A stretch of 64,000 bases of DNA from a virus (lineage: Duplodnaviria > Caudoviricetes), in the IMG/VR virus record IMGVR_UViG_3300032007_000037, positions 1 through 64,000 of that record; one strand, given 5' to 3'. Below the pieces are notes generated by a model. That model was given only the letters and a program-made list of their open reading frames with translations. It was not told the origin of the DNA and made no database searches. The stretch's first letter is position 1. Every line of letters begins with the position of its first letter. Positions 39,778 through 51,680 of this stretch are shown one piece after another. The translations under genes and the position numbers were made by a program.

Positions 39778-41568
39778 ATGACAAGAGGCGAATTATTGGA
39801 ATTCCTAACAAAGGAAGCTGTAAAATTTAGAGAAAAGCCAAATTTTATCAGCATTAATAAGCATCTTACTGGTATAGACGAAAGTAATATACCAAGTAGA
39901 GAGCAAATTGATGGGGTTCTTGTGGCATTTATCAACTGTGTAGGAATATCGCAAGGTATTGACTATGCATTAAGTTATAAAGATTTTGAAAAAGAAAAGT
40001 AACTATGACAGAAGAAGAAAAATCCTTATTACTTAAAGATCTCTGTACAAGATTACCCTATGGAGTAAAAGTTTATTGTGGAGAAGGTTTAGCTATGACA
40101 CTTAAACAAATTGATTATAATTGTTTTTGTGAGTGTTGGGAAAATGAAGATATAAAATCTCATTCAAGATGGAAGCTACCATACCTTCGTCCGCTTTCAA
40201 GTATGACTGAGGAAGAAAAGGATACTTATGACACATTAACAATGTGTAATGCTCCTTGGGTGGTTAATGATTGGCTTAATAAAAACATGTTTGACTATCG
40301 TGGCTTAATCTCAATGGGTCTCGCCCTTGAAGCACCCAAAGATATGTACAATATAAAGTAAAATAACTATGGAAACAAATAAAATCAAAGAATATCCAAT
40401 AAATGATAATAGTTTTGAGTACTTGGAAAAGCATTATGATTGTCGATTAGCTATTAAACGTGACATGAAAATGATTATCCAAGAAGCAGAAACCTCTCAT
40501 AAAGACAATTTTGATGAATTTTATGATAGAAACACATTAAGGCCCGATAAAATTAGACTATTCCTTGACGAGAATAGGCTACCAATTTTTGGAATGATTA
40601 TATATAGGATACATCAAAAAAAGGATAATTATTGGAGAAGTGCTTGCGGTGGGTATTATCAATTCCTTGAAGAAAACTTATTCCCCCATCCATATCAAGA
40701 AAGTATATGTTGGTAATTAAATTTAAGTGATCATGAAAAAGTATTTAGCATGTGTTCTTTTGTGTACTGCTATTGTGCTAATATCCTTTGGAATACACAT
40801 AGATAATATTATCATTATATGTATTGGAGCAGCATTTGCAGGAGGTTATAGTGCGATTATACACAAACAAGATTAAATGGGAAATAACTATAACACAGAA
40901 AGGGAAACAAAAATTTACACGATGCTGCTATAACTGTAAATACTGGTGGACAAAATGCAAAGGTGTTAAAGCAGGTGTATGTGATAAATTTGAATTTAGT
41001 GTAACTTGCAAATCTATGTAACTATGACTACAATTAAAGAAGAATTTAAAAAATTATATGGAGATAGAGAAGTTGAGTTGCCTTCTCATGTTTTAACTAT
41101 AAATGATAACTATGCGTCTCCTTTTAGTTCAGGGTCTAATGGATATTTGACAAAGATAAGATTGAACAAAAATAATTTTGAATTTTACCATAACTGGTGG
41201 AGTTATGGATGGATTTCTTTTGACAAGGTTAAAGAAAAATATCCTTACGCTGCTTGTAAAGTAGAATCTTTAATTAATCATTTAATTAAATAACTATGAC
41301 AACAACTAAATTGGAATCAGAACATATTTTTGATTTCGATGGTAATTACAAATTGGCAAAATATCCACCTAAAGAGGATGGATATTATATAACCATTAAA
41401 TGTGGTCGTGGAGGTGTCTATACTTGTTTGAATGAATGGACACAAGGTAAATGGATGGTGATATCTTTGGATGACTCTGATGTTATTGCATATTCTAGAG
41501 AACAAGTATCTAAAGAAGATGTCAAAAATTGGGCGAATGCCAAGTTAGAAAAATATAGAAATAAATAA
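39778..41568 (+). CDS. Run of small hypothetical genes (39778, 40005, 40369, ~41024, 41296)
   Basis: Co-oriented ORFs with aactATG/aattATG start contexts. Confidence 0.6.
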
Positions 41569-41570
41569 TT

Positions 41571-42149
41571 ATGGTAACAATAACTGAAGAAACATGGAAA
41601 GATATTCCGAATTATGAAGGAATATACCAAGCAAGTTCATACGGTAGGATAAAATCATGTGCAAGGGTTATCCATTATAAAAACGGCAAAATTATCCACA
41701 GAAAAGAAAGGCTTCTTTCTTTAATAAAAGGTTTTGGACAATATTTAACGGTTGGTTTGTTTAAAAATAATCACCATATAACATACAATGTTCATTACTT
41801 AATTGCTATTACTTTTATTGAAAATCCTAATAGTTTGCCATGTGTAAATCATAAAGACGAGAACAAATATAATAATAAAGTAGATAATCTTGAATGGTGT
41901 ACTTATTCATACAATACCAAATACAATAACGGTATGAGAAAAAGAATAGATACAAGAAACCTAAAAAACACACATGGCAGTGAAAAGAAAGTCTACCAGT
42001 ATGATTCTAAAGGTAATCTTATAAAAATATGGGATTCTGTGTCATGCGTTGAAAAAGAATTAGGATTTAAAAAAACTAATATAAGTTCATGTTGTTTAAA
42101 TAAGAAAAATCAAGCTTATGGGTATAAATGGTCATACTATCCTCTGTGA
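41571..42149 (+). mobile_element. HNH homing endonuclease (NUMOD4-HNH-NUMOD1)
   Basis: WKDIPNYEGIYQASSYGRIKS; VNHKDENKYNNKVDNLEWCT; VYQYDSKGNLIKIWDSV. Confidence 0.9.
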
Positions 42150-42541
42150 GGACTACGTTAGCTTTGAAACAGCAAAACTATTAAAAGAAAAAGGGATTTA
42201 ATGAACTTTGTCCTCTTTGGTATAATTTAGATAAGCCAACTGAAGGCCCATTCTTTTACAAAGAAATAGGTTGGTACGGGCATAATTCTTATGACTATAA
42301 TGGAAAAAGAATAGTTTCTGCTCCAACTATCCAAAGGACAATGAAATGGTTAAGAGAAGTGCATGGATTGTTTATATCTATTGGTAATGATGACCTTAAT
42401 TATAATTGGCAGATATTTGATATTAAGAATAGAACAAAAGACTTAGATCCAACTTGTTTAACAGAATCTTATGCAGGATATAGAAAGTTTGAACAAGCAT
42501 GTGAAGCAGCGTGTATCTATGCGTTAAAAAACCTTACATAA
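42148..42541 (+). pseudogene. Interrupted, frameshifted gene (EDYVSFETAKLLKEKG...KWLREVHG)
   Basis: Frame starts at the HNH stop, shifts +1 in the A run at ~42188 and continues into ORF 42341-42541. Confidence 0.55.
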
Positions 42542-42843
42542 TTTTGGTAAGTATTGTCTTGAAAATTTAATTTAATTAATTATAGTAACAATTAAATCAA
42601 ATAACATCAAATGTAAATCAATTTGCACTGGATATAAGTGGCTATGTGATAATTGTGTTAAAAATTTGAATAACTATGTCAACCATTGAAACAACATCTA
42701 TATCTGCGCATGAAACATATTCTTGTACAAGACCTAAGACTATAGAGAGAAGGGATTACTGTCAGAGATGTACTTTAAGACACCCTAATAAGAGTTGTAA
42801 GTTCCTTAAAACAGAAATTGTTTATATCAAAGATTGAATAACT

Positions 42844-43890
42844 ATGGCAACAATTAAAGCATATACTGACAAGCCCAAAAGAAAGTCTTATTTTAAACAC
42901 AATATAGTTTATTGTAAGAAAGGTGACATTGTTGTTACATATCCTAATGTGTTGGTGGCAGAAAAAGAAACAGGTGTTTATTCAGACAGAATATACAAAT
43001 GTTGTAATGGAAAAATGCGCTATGCTGGAGGTTTTGCATGGTCTTATACACCATTTGAAGAATACCCAAACGATGGTAGGATATGGAAAGATGTAGAAGG
43101 ATATGAAAATCTCTATCAGGTATCTACTGATGGATTAGTAAGGACTTCGCATAAAGGACTGTGGGAGATGCTTTCAGCAGGAAGAAAAAAGCACGGATAT
43201 TATAGTGTTTTACTTCACAAAGACGGCAAACGTAAGAATATGTTAATTCATAGATTGGTTGCTAAAGCATTCCTTCCAAACCCCAATAATTATCCATATA
43301 TCAATCATAAAGACGAGAATCCATCAAACAACCATGTTGACAATTTGGAGTGGTGTACCGCAAGTTATAACAATAGTTATGGTGAACATCCAAAGAAGGT
43401 TAGTAAAGCCGCAAAAGAAAGAACAAGGACAGGCAAGTGCTTTGATGGTTCTGATTATCTTGGAAACATGGTCGCTCCTGTACTTCAATATGACCTTAAT
43501 GGTAACTTTATTCATGAATTTGAAAGTGTAAAAGAAGCAAGAGAAAAATATAGCAGCAGGGTACAAGATTGTCTTAGTGGTAAGACAACTCAAGCAGGTG
43601 GTTTCCAATGGAAATACAAAACCAAAGATGCCTATCCTCTTAAAATTGATGCCTACGTAAAGAATGTAAATCAATCTTTATGTTGTTCCCGACCAATAAA
43701 ACAGCTAAAAGATGGTGTTGTTGTTGCAACTTATGGTAGCATAAAGGAAGCAAGTGCAAAGACTGGCTTTGATTATTCTGGAATAAAGAAATGCTTAAAC
43801 GGCACATACAAACAAACTTTTGGTTTTACATGGGAATACGATGATTGTCCTAATTATAAAAAGAAAGTAATTCATTATGGAACAAAGTAA
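42844..43890 (+). mobile_element. HNH homing endonuclease with several NUMOD1 repeats
   Basis: WKDVEGYENLYQVS; IHRLVAKAF; INHKDENPSNNHVDNLEWCT; three GF.W.Y repeats. Confidence 0.9.
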
Positions 43891-44830
43891 ATTTTATCAG
43901 ATTAAAAATGTCACAGAACATGAATATACTCTTGTTGGATGTGATGGTAGTGTAATTACACGCCCAATTCAAGATGTTGACAAATCAGCGTCAGTTTTTA
44001 CTATCCAAGATGCAAAGGATGGTGATGTGCTTTGCACTTATGAATGTGGTGAACCAAAGATTGTATTCATCCTCAAAGGGATGCCAAAGAAACATTATGC
44101 TTTAAGTTACCACTGTTACTACAACATTATGTATCCTCATTTTGAATCTGACTCTAAAAATGGATGTCTTGCACCTAATGATGAAGATGTAAAACCAGCT
44201 ACTAAAGAACAACGTGAACTCTTATTCCAAAAGATGAAAGAAGCAGGATATGAATGGGATGCTGATAAGAAAGAATTAAAGAAAATTGTTACTCCTATTT
44301 TTCATATTGGTGATAAAGTAAGATACAAAGGACATAAATGTGATAATGTTATTACAGAAATCACCGATACTGATTATATATGTGGTGATGCTAAACTTCC
44401 TATTTCAACTCAAGACAAGTTAGAACTTGTAGAACAGAAGCCTTGGAGTGAAGAGGAAGTTGAAATAATTGATTGGCTAGTAGCTTCATTTGATTGCTTG
44501 AAAATACCTACAGATACATTCTATCAGTCAAAAGTTCGCCCTTTCCTTATTTCATTAAGAAATAAAATTCAGCCTATAAGAAAAGAGTGGAGTGAAGAGG
44601 ATGAAGAAATAATATTAAAAATGATGTTTGCGTTCAAAACAAGAGTATTCCCTTCATCGGAAGAATGTGATAGTTTCATTGATTTTTTAAAGTTATTAAA
44701 GCCCACTTGGAAGCCGAGTGATGAGCAGATGGAACAACTTCACAATGTATTTAATGGTACAAGTGCGGGTTGGGAGGATAGTGTTATCGAATCACTATAT
44801 AACGACTTAAAGAAACTAAGGGAAGAATAA
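43877..44830 (+). CDS. Mosaic hypothetical protein with WSEED-type repeats
   Basis: TIQDAKDGDVL, PATKEQRELLFQKM, WSEE.E repeats. Confidence 0.7.
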   Translation: MEQSKFYQIKNVTEHEYTLVGCDGSVITRPIQDVDKSASVFTIQDAKDGDVLCTYECGEPKIVFILKGMPKKHYALSYHCYYNIMYPHFESDSKNGCLAPNDEDVKPATKEQRELLFQKMKEAGYEWDADKKELKKIVTPIFHIGDKVRYKGHKCDNVITEITDTDYICGDAKLPISTQDKLELVEQKPWSEEEVEIIDWLVASFDCLKIPTDTFYQSKVRPFLISLRNKIQPIRKEWSEEDEEIILKMMFAFKTRVFPSSEECDSFIDFLKLLKPTWKPSDEQMEQLHNVFNGTSAGWEDSVIESLYNDLKKLREE

Positions 44831-45013
44831 GATATGATAGTAGAGTATTATTTAGCAACAGTGGATTATGGGTGGAGGTATATAACTCCTTCCATAGAAT
44901 ATCGACACAAGTATTGGTATCTATGGGAAATTTCTTTATCGTGGTTGAAATGGTCTATCGTTATAAGTTTTTGTCGAAAAGATTGGAATAAAAACAACTA
45001 AAAGAATAAAGTT

Positions 45014-46463
45014 ATGAAAGTAAGCGAATTAATACAACAATTACAAAAAGTGGTGTTTGAGTTTGGTGATAGAAATATTGAAATTAATGGAGAGTATAAT
45101 AGCGACTATCCATTAAATACCCAATCAAGGCTTCAAATAACAAGAGTAGATGTTTTTGAAGATAGTGAGAATATACAAATAATGGTTGATAACGAATGGT
45201 TATAACAGCAGCGTATGAAAGAAAACAAAGCAAAAAGCAAATTTGTCTATCCCGACAAACTCTATGCAAGATGCAAGGACAACAAGACGCTTGATATATC
45301 CTATGCACCTCAGAATATGGAGGCTGTTGAATATACCCGTACCGATTATGCCGAGAAAGAATTTCTAATCAAGGCTAAAAGATTTCTGTCAGAAATCCAT
45401 CGTGTCTGTGATATTACAGATGAAAATGGATATAGGATAGAGCTGATAGATTTACAAGCAAGATTTGAGAGTTTTTATAAAGAGACAAAGATATGAAAGC
45501 ACCAGAGAAGATATACCTTCAAGAACCGACAAAGGTTAGAACAGAAAAGACGTATGACAATGATATTGAATATATCCGCAAGGATGCCTTTATTGAAAAG
45601 GCTTCGGAATGGCTAAACAACTTTTATAATGAAGATACTCATAGTTATCTAATTAATGAAGATATTGAGAAATTCGAAAACTATATGAAAGGAGAGTAAG
45701 AAAGGATGAATTATGAACGCAAATGAAGCACCTGAGAAGATATATCTCAATCCGCTTCTTATGGAAGATGGAGAAAGTATTGTTAGAAGATGCACTTTCG
45801 AGAGGCTAAGAAATAGCCAAGTTGAATACATTCGTACTGATGCTATTATTGAGAAGGTGTATGACTGGTTAAAGAACTATGCTTTTGTAGATGATAACAA
45901 GAATGTCAATCTACCTACTTTATTACATGACTTTTTAAAAGATTCAAGAAATTTTTAATTATGGCACAATACATAGACAAAGACGCTTTAGTGGCAGAGA
46001 TAGAGAGAAGAAAAATCCCTTTCAAAAAAGATGTTGAGGATGGAAACTATCCGACATATCTTTGTGCTCTTATGGATTTTGAAGATTTCCTCAACACCCT
46101 TGAAGTGAAAGAGGTGGATTTGGAGAAGGAATACAAGGATTTTGTTGAGGAAGACCCTGTATATAACAAGTTGGTAAATGGTATTGTCGGTAAGGCTATT
46201 GCCAAACATTTCTTTGAACTTGGTATGTCAGTAAATAATAAAGCACAGAAAAGAGAAAAGGTATGACAGAAATTAAGGCAGGTAATTGTTATATGTGTCT
46301 TGAAGACATAAAAGGTTATGATTCTTTTACAAAAGGGAAGGTATATCCAAGTCTTTATGACAATTCCCTTATTAACGACAATCACATTGAAGTATTGGTA
46401 AGACCAAGTGATTGCTTTCGTATTGCAACAGAACAAGAAATTAAAGCTCAGAAAGGAGGGTAA
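45014..46463 (+). CDS. Run of small genes including three P.K.Y...EY.R.D paralogues (45215, 45493, 45713)
   Basis: Shared P(E/D)K(I/L)Y and EY(I/T)R(T/K)D motifs. Confidence 0.6.
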
Positions 46464-46545
46464 AATATGATGAAAATACCAAAATCCCTAGAACATATCT
46501 TTAATACACCAGAGGAGATTGCAAAACTTGAAAAAGATATAATAA

Positions 46546-46980
46546 CCTTTAGAGAATGGGCAAGGGCTTCTTCTGTGTGATACAGGAAAAGATACCTTTG
46601 ACACTACCCCTTCTAACACAGGCATCTCATATTCTCTTGAATTGCTTCGGGATTTACCTGATATGGATATAACAGCCCATTATGTAACAAGGCCCTATTT
46701 AACAAGACATGGTGCTGGACATATTGACAATTATTCCGTATTTAGGAGCAGTCTATCCAAGGATATACCAGAAGACAGAACAAATCACTATAATGAGTTC
46801 CAAGGAGAATTCAGATATGGTGAACTTGATCTCAATCAGTTAAGTCACAGAATATATGAGGATAGGAAAGGGGTAAAATATGAGCTTGAAGTTACTCATT
46901 GTGACGAAATGGATAGACTTGATGAATTTTCAAAAATCTTTCCAAAGATTAATACATACGATTCCCCATTTATAAAGTAA
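46546..46980 (+). pseudogene. C-terminal fragment of an adenylosuccinate synthetase-like (PurA family) gene
   Basis: In-frame ENGQGLLL...TTPSNTG, VTRPYLTRHGAG, N.FQGEFRYG.LD, VTHCD; N-terminal P-loop half absent. Confidence 0.75.
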
Positions 46981-46997
46981 TAAAACAAAAAAAGAAA

Positions 46998-49103
46998 ATG
47001 AAAGCAGTATTACCATTACTTCAGGCACAGTTCGATAAGATGTGTGCTACAGGTAAATTATTCACCAGTACAATATCAGGTTCTAAAGTAGCTGAATTGT
47101 ATTTGCAAGGATTTGGAGAAGATCCAATTTTCCGTGATCCTGAGAGTTCTGAACACAACTGTAACAACTGTAAGAATTTCCTTCACAGATACGGCAATAT
47201 TGTTGCAGTTGATGCAAATATGAACTTAATGACGCTCTATGATATTGAAAATGTGGAGGATGAATATAAGAATTCTTTTGCGTTGATGGCAGAGACTCTT
47301 AGAAACGCCCCTATTGGAGGTATCTTTGTAGAGACTTATGATATGTTGTATCGTAGCTTACGCTATGAGACAAATCCAACAAGGAATCAAGAAACATATA
47401 TTCTTGGTGTTCCTAAGAATGTAAAGAGATATACTAAGGAAGAGGCTGAGAAGTTTGGTGTAGTAAAGCCAAATGAAATTAGGACTTTCTGGCATTTCTC
47501 TGTAAACATTCCCAATCAATTTGTCAACTTTACTGGTAATTCAACAGAATCCATTAAAGGTACTGCCAAGGTTGATTATGATGTGTTCAAGAGAGCTATG
47601 GAGGAAATTCCAACAGATACTCTTGAGCTTGTAAGAGATCTCATCAATCAAGGTTCTTTGCTTGATGGTGCTACACATCTTTACAAAGTAGAAGCCATGC
47701 TTAAAATGGCCAAAGCTTATAAAGATGTTCCTGTCGACAAGAAGAATACTTGGTGTTGGGTTAATTCCTATGGTTTCAAGCATGCCAGATTCCGTAGTGA
47801 ACTGATTGGTACCCTCTGTATAGAGCTAGCAGAAGGCAGAGACCTTAATGCAGCTTGTCAAGCCTGGAACCAGCGTGTAGATCCTGTTAACTACATGAAA
47901 GCTAAAGCCCCCATCACACAAAAGCAGATTGAGGAAGCTAAGAAGTTTGTTGAAGAAAATGGTTATGCAGAATCCTTCGATAGAAGATGTGCCACCATTG
48001 AAGACATTAAAGCTTCTGACATTCTTCATTTGAATGCAGGAGACGGAACTGTTAAAAAGGTATCTGTCTTTGATAGTGTCAAGGCTACTTCTTCTCGTCA
48101 TAAAAGAAGTGAGTTTGACCAAGTGGAGAGGGTTACTATTGATAAATTCATGAAGGACATTCTGCCTACATGTACATCTGTAGAGGCTTTCTTGCTGAAT
48201 ACTCACAAAGGCAACATGGTAACTTTAACTACAGCAGCTACCAAAGACAGCAAACCTATCTTTAAGTGGCCCAATAATTATTCCTGGACTTATAACGGCA
48301 ATTTAGCTGGTAAGAGCCAAATCAAGGAAGAGGTTAAGAAAGCTGGTGGTGTCGTAGATGCACCTTTTAGGTTCTCTATTATGTGGAATGAAGATGGCCG
48401 TGACTTAGTAGATCTTGATGCTCACTGTGTAGAAAACGGAGGTTATGAAATTTATTTCTCGAATAAATGTCAATTAAGTCCTCTAAAGGGAATGTTGGAT
48501 GTAGATATGATTAGGCCCACTGGTAGGGGTGTAGAGAATATCTTCTATCAGTCAGTTCCTGATGGTACATTCAGATTCTTCATTCATAACTATGATGGCC
48601 ACCCCCATAAATGTTCTAAAGCTGAACTATACATTAATGGAGATTTGTATACTTACAATATTGACAAATGCATTTATGGCTCTGAAGATATTGTAACAGT
48701 TACAATCAAGAATGGTGAAGCAGTGAACATTAAGCATTCTGAGTATCTGACTGATAGCAATGCTCTGAGTACAGAACTGTATGGTTTGAACACTAATGAG
48801 TTCCACAAGGTAAATCTTGTATGCCTATCTCCAAACCATTGGGATGGTCAGTTTGGCAACAAACATTACTTCTTTATGCTAGAGGGTTGTAAGGCTCCTG
48901 AGAGTATTCGTGGGTTCCACAATGAAAACCTCATTCCAGAGCTTCTACAGCATCGAAAAGTTATGGAGGTACTTGCCAATACCACTTTGGTAGAATCTAC
49001 TGACAAGCAGCTTTCTGGACTTGGCTTCAATGCTACTGTTCATGATGAACTGGTAGTAAGACTGAAAGGTACTCATAACCGAATCTTAAAAATAGAATTC
49101 TAA
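46998..49103 (+). CDS. Large conserved phage protein with C-terminal YfaP/DUF2135-like domain
   Basis: 701 aa; HNCNNC; DLDAHCVE...GMLDVDM...VENIFY. Confidence 0.7.
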   Translation: MKAVLPLLQAQFDKMCATGKLFTSTISGSKVAELYLQGFGEDPIFRDPESSEHNCNNCKNFLHRYGNIVAVDANMNLMTLYDIENVEDEYKNSFALMAETLRNAPIGGIFVETYDMLYRSLRYETNPTRNQETYILGVPKNVKRYTKEEAEKFGVVKPNEIRTFWHFSVNIPNQFVNFTGNSTESIKGTAKVDYDVFKRAMEEIPTDTLELVRDLINQGSLLDGATHLYKVEAMLKMAKAYKDVPVDKKNTWCWVNSYGFKHARFRSELIGTLCIELAEGRDLNAACQAWNQRVDPVNYMKAKAPITQKQIEEAKKFVEENGYAESFDRRCATIEDIKASDILHLNAGDGTVKKVSVFDSVKATSSRHKRSEFDQVERVTIDKFMKDILPTCTSVEAFLLNTHKGNMVTLTTAATKDSKPIFKWPNNYSWTYNGNLAGKSQIKEEVKKAGGVVDAPFRFSIMWNEDGRDLVDLDAHCVENGGYEIYFSNKCQLSPLKGMLDVDMIRPTGRGVENIFYQSVPDGTFRFFIHNYDGHPHKCSKAELYINGDLYTYNIDKCIYGSEDIVTVTIKNGEAVNIKHSEYLTDSNALSTELYGLNTNEFHKVNLVCLSPNHWDGQFGNKHYFFMLEGCKAPESIRGFHNENLIPELLQHRKVMEVLANTTLVESTDKQLSGLGFNATVHDELVVRLKGTHNRILKIEF

Positions 49104-49127
49104 TATTAACATTTAAAATTAAAGCTT

Positions 49128-49508
49128 ATGTATAAGCAAGCAGCACAATTAAAATTACGTTTTGACACTCCTAAAGGCCCTTTGGCAGCAGAACAATTGT
49201 TTGACCTTACAATGACAGATTTGTCCACTTCTATCAAGAAGGTTAACGCTCTTCTAAAGAAAGAAAAGGCCACTGATGATGAATTGTCATTCTTGGAGGG
49301 TGTAGATACTACAGAGACTCAGAACTCTCTTCGTTTCAAGATTCTTAAGGATGTATATCTGACTAAGAAGGAAGCTAGAGATGCAGCCACCCTTGACTAT
49401 GAGAAGAAGCAACGTAAACAACGCATTGCAGAAATCATTGCCAAGAAGAAGGATGAAGCTCTTGAGAATAAGTCCATTGAGGAACTTGAAAAGATGCTGG
49501 AGGAGTAA
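49128..49508 (+). CDS. Coiled-coil partner of the 701-aa protein
   Basis: KLRFDTPKGPLAAEQLFDL; adjacent and co-oriented. Confidence 0.7.
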   Translation: MYKQAAQLKLRFDTPKGPLAAEQLFDLTMTDLSTSIKKVNALLKKEKATDDELSFLEGVDTTETQNSLRFKILKDVYLTKKEARDAATLDYEKKQRKQRIAEIIAKKKDEALENKSIEELEKMLEE

Positions 49509-49541
49509 TATTGCCATTTTTCACCTATCCCGAAATCCTAT

Positions 49542-49919
49542 GTGAAAGTAGGGATAGGTTTTAATTATAATACTATGGATGACATTGTTATCAAATTACC
49601 TTCTTTTGAAGATTGGAAAAAGTATATAAAAGAAAGACCCAAGCTAAGTAGTCATGTATTTAAATCTACAAAGCTTGAGTTATCTCTTAGTAAAACATTG
49701 CCTTACTTATGGATTCTTCCTCTTAATAAAAGACAAAGAGTAAGACTTAGAACCCTTTTAAAGTATGCAGGTAATAGAAGGGCCAGTGAAGCCCTTTATA
49801 AAACTTTAAAACGAGTATATGATAAATCAGAACCTATTGTAAAGATAGATCCGCCTTCCTTTGATTCAGAAGATTATACTTGGACACTGGATATGGAAGA
49901 AATAAATAAAGAATTTTAG
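49542..49919 (+). CDS. Hypothetical protein (start probably ATG ~49575)
   Basis: Last plus-strand ORF; stop overlaps the convergent gene. Confidence 0.5.
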   Translation: MKVGIGFNYNTMDDIVIKLPSFEDWKKYIKERPKLSSHVFKSTKLELSLSKTLPYLWILPLNKRQRVRLRTLLKYAGNRRASEALYKTLKRVYDKSEPIVKIDPPSFDSEDYTWTLDMEEINKEF

Positions 49920-50152
49920 CCTGCCCCACTTCCTGAACCAGTGCCTGAACCACTTCCACTACCAGATGATACAGAACCCATAATAGCTATGTATTCACTA
50001 TATTTCTTTCCTTTCATAATAATACAACGTCTTTCCTTGTTATAACCACCTTCTGTAAAGGCGGTACAAGTAAAGTACACAGTATCATTATTATAATTGT
50101 TGAGAGCCTTACTCTCAGTAGCTGTTCTTACAAATTTAACTTGACCTGCCAT
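49916..50152 (-). CDS. Mini protein made of the fibre N-terminal module plus a Gly-Ser tail
   Basis: VKFVRT...VYF...RCIIMKGKKYS followed by (GS)n. Confidence 0.6.
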   Translation of the reverse strand: MAGQVKFVRTATESKALNNYNNDTVYFTCTAFTEGGYNKERRCIIMKGKKYSEYIAIMGSVSSGSGSGSGTGSGSGAG

Positions 50153-50163
50153 AATATAAACGA

Positions 50164-50331
50164 TTAACTGTATCTTTTACCTCCCATAATAATACAACGC
50201 TTGCTAGTATTATTGGAATCAATAGCAAAATATAATTTATCTGCATTAGCACTTTTAGCACTTTCTGTTAAGGCCGTACTAGTGTATAAATCTTGACCGT
50301 TGTTTGTTCTAATAGGTTTTAGAAATCCCAT
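50164..50331 (-). CDS. 55-aa paralogue of 49916-50152 (not in the ORF track)
   Basis: MGFLKPIRT...KLYFAIDSNNTSKRCIIMGGKRYS; promoter at 50370. Confidence 0.6.
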   Translation of the reverse strand: MGFLKPIRTNNGQDLYTSTALTESAKSANADKLYFAIDSNNTSKRCIIMGGKRYS

Positions 50332-50447
50332 AACAATATTATTGTATTTAGAATTGAACTTTTATAGTGCAAATGTATGGAGATATTATAAATTATTTAA
50401 ATACCTTATTTTCATTATCAGAATTATTAATTTTAAAATTAAGGATA

Positions 50448-51197
50448 TTAATTTACGATTTCCTTGAGTTTATTTTCAAGCTCTATACTCCATCCTTCTA
50501 CACTATTACACATGAATTTTATATTAGGATTATTGATAGCATTATCAAAATCCTTTTCAAATATATCCCTGTTCCATATACCTAATCTAATGGTACTGTC
50601 TAATATAGCTTCTTCATGCTCAAAGAAATTAAAGTATACATCATCAAAAACATAGCTTTCATTAAGCATGTTAAACTTTTTTCTTATCAACTCCATTTTA
50701 CTAAACTCAAAATAACAAGGATAATGAGTAGTATAGTTAATATGAGGACAATTTATACCATCCAATAACTGACGAGTTTTCCATTTATCATACCTCCAAT
50801 AAGATGTAGGAGCGTTCTTGTCTCCAGTAAAGGAGGGGGCGTGGTGGTGGATAGTAATTATATCTTCAAGACAAAAAGGTTTTATAGCATATTCATCATC
50901 AGTTACATAGATAAACCCATCATACGCACTTTCGAATAAATCTGACACAATGTTAAATTTACGCATGATATCCAAATGAGGATTATACTGATTTTCTCTT
51001 ACTTCAGGCATTGGAGAGTAAATAAATGTAACCCAGGGAAATTCCTTTTCCAGAGAATCATCAAACTCACCTATTACTATAAAGAGATAGTCAAATTGGC
51101 AGTATTTTTTCCAGCCTTTAAGTGCAAGTTTAATCTCATTGCCTTGAGATCCACTTTGCTTATAAGGTAAGACAACTAACATTCTATCATTTATCAT
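50448..51197 (-). CDS. Nucleotide-diphospho-sugar transferase-like (GT-A/Stealth-like) protein
   Basis: VVLPYK, EIKLALKG, FIYVTDDEY, NYTTHYP. Confidence 0.55.
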   Translation of the reverse strand: MINDRMLVVLPYKQSGSQGNEIKLALKGWKKYCQFDYLFIVIGEFDDSLEKEFPWVTFIYSPMPEVRENQYNPHLDIMRKFNIVSDLFESAYDGFIYVTDDEYAIKPFCLEDIITIHHHAPSFTGDKNAPTSYWRYDKWKTRQLLDGINCPHINYTTHYPCYFEFSKMELIRKKFNMLNESYVFDDVYFNFFEHEEAILDSTIRLGIWNRDIFEKDFDNAINNPNIKFMCNSVEGWSIELENKLKEIVN

Positions 51198-51594
51198 ACA
51201 ATAGTTTCTTTTTGAAATCAGATTCCTTCTGATGCAAATATAGAATTAAGAATAGAAACACACCTGTTATTATCATATATAACATGAATATGCTTCTATT
51301 ACTCAGGGGAATACCAATATAATAATCATAGATGTTCAGCAACCAGTTCAATGTTGTATAGTGTATAAACATTCTATGATACCCACAGAACTTAAATACA
51401 TAGCTTGAGAGATACATAAAAGCCAAGCTTAATATGGATACACTACCTATGTAAGATAACATAGGTACATCTATACCAAAATAAGAAAGAACTGTATTTA
51501 ACAAGGTTATTATGGCAAAAGACATTGGAATAACTTTAATTAAATACAGTTCTAATTTGTATAGGCTTTTATTTACGTTTGATTTTACCTCCAC
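51187..51594 (-). CDS. Multi-pass membrane protein
   Basis: About four hydrophobic segments. Confidence 0.65.
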   Translation of the reverse strand: MEVKSNVNKSLYKLELYLIKVIPMSFAIITLLNTVLSYFGIDVPMLSYIGSVSILSLAFMYLSSYVFKFCGYHRMFIHYTTLNWLLNIYDYYIGIPLSNRSIFMLYMIITGVFLFLILYLHQKESDFKKKLLYDK

Positions 51595-51680
51595 AGCTGT
51601 ATCTCCTCGCTCTGTTCTTAGTAAAACTTGCCTTTGATGTTAATGGCTTTGGTCTGCCTGAGGCTCCACCATAAGCTCTT

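Noticed and set aside
39507-39935. 142-aa minus-strand ORF (also 35318-35548 and 31794-32027)
   Set aside because: Antisense to tRNA, tRNA-like or intron sequence (e.g. SGFEPE is a T-arm reverse complement)
46546-46980. PurZ-based Z-genome pathway
   Set aside because: Only a C-terminal fragment; no dATPase or other partner genes visible
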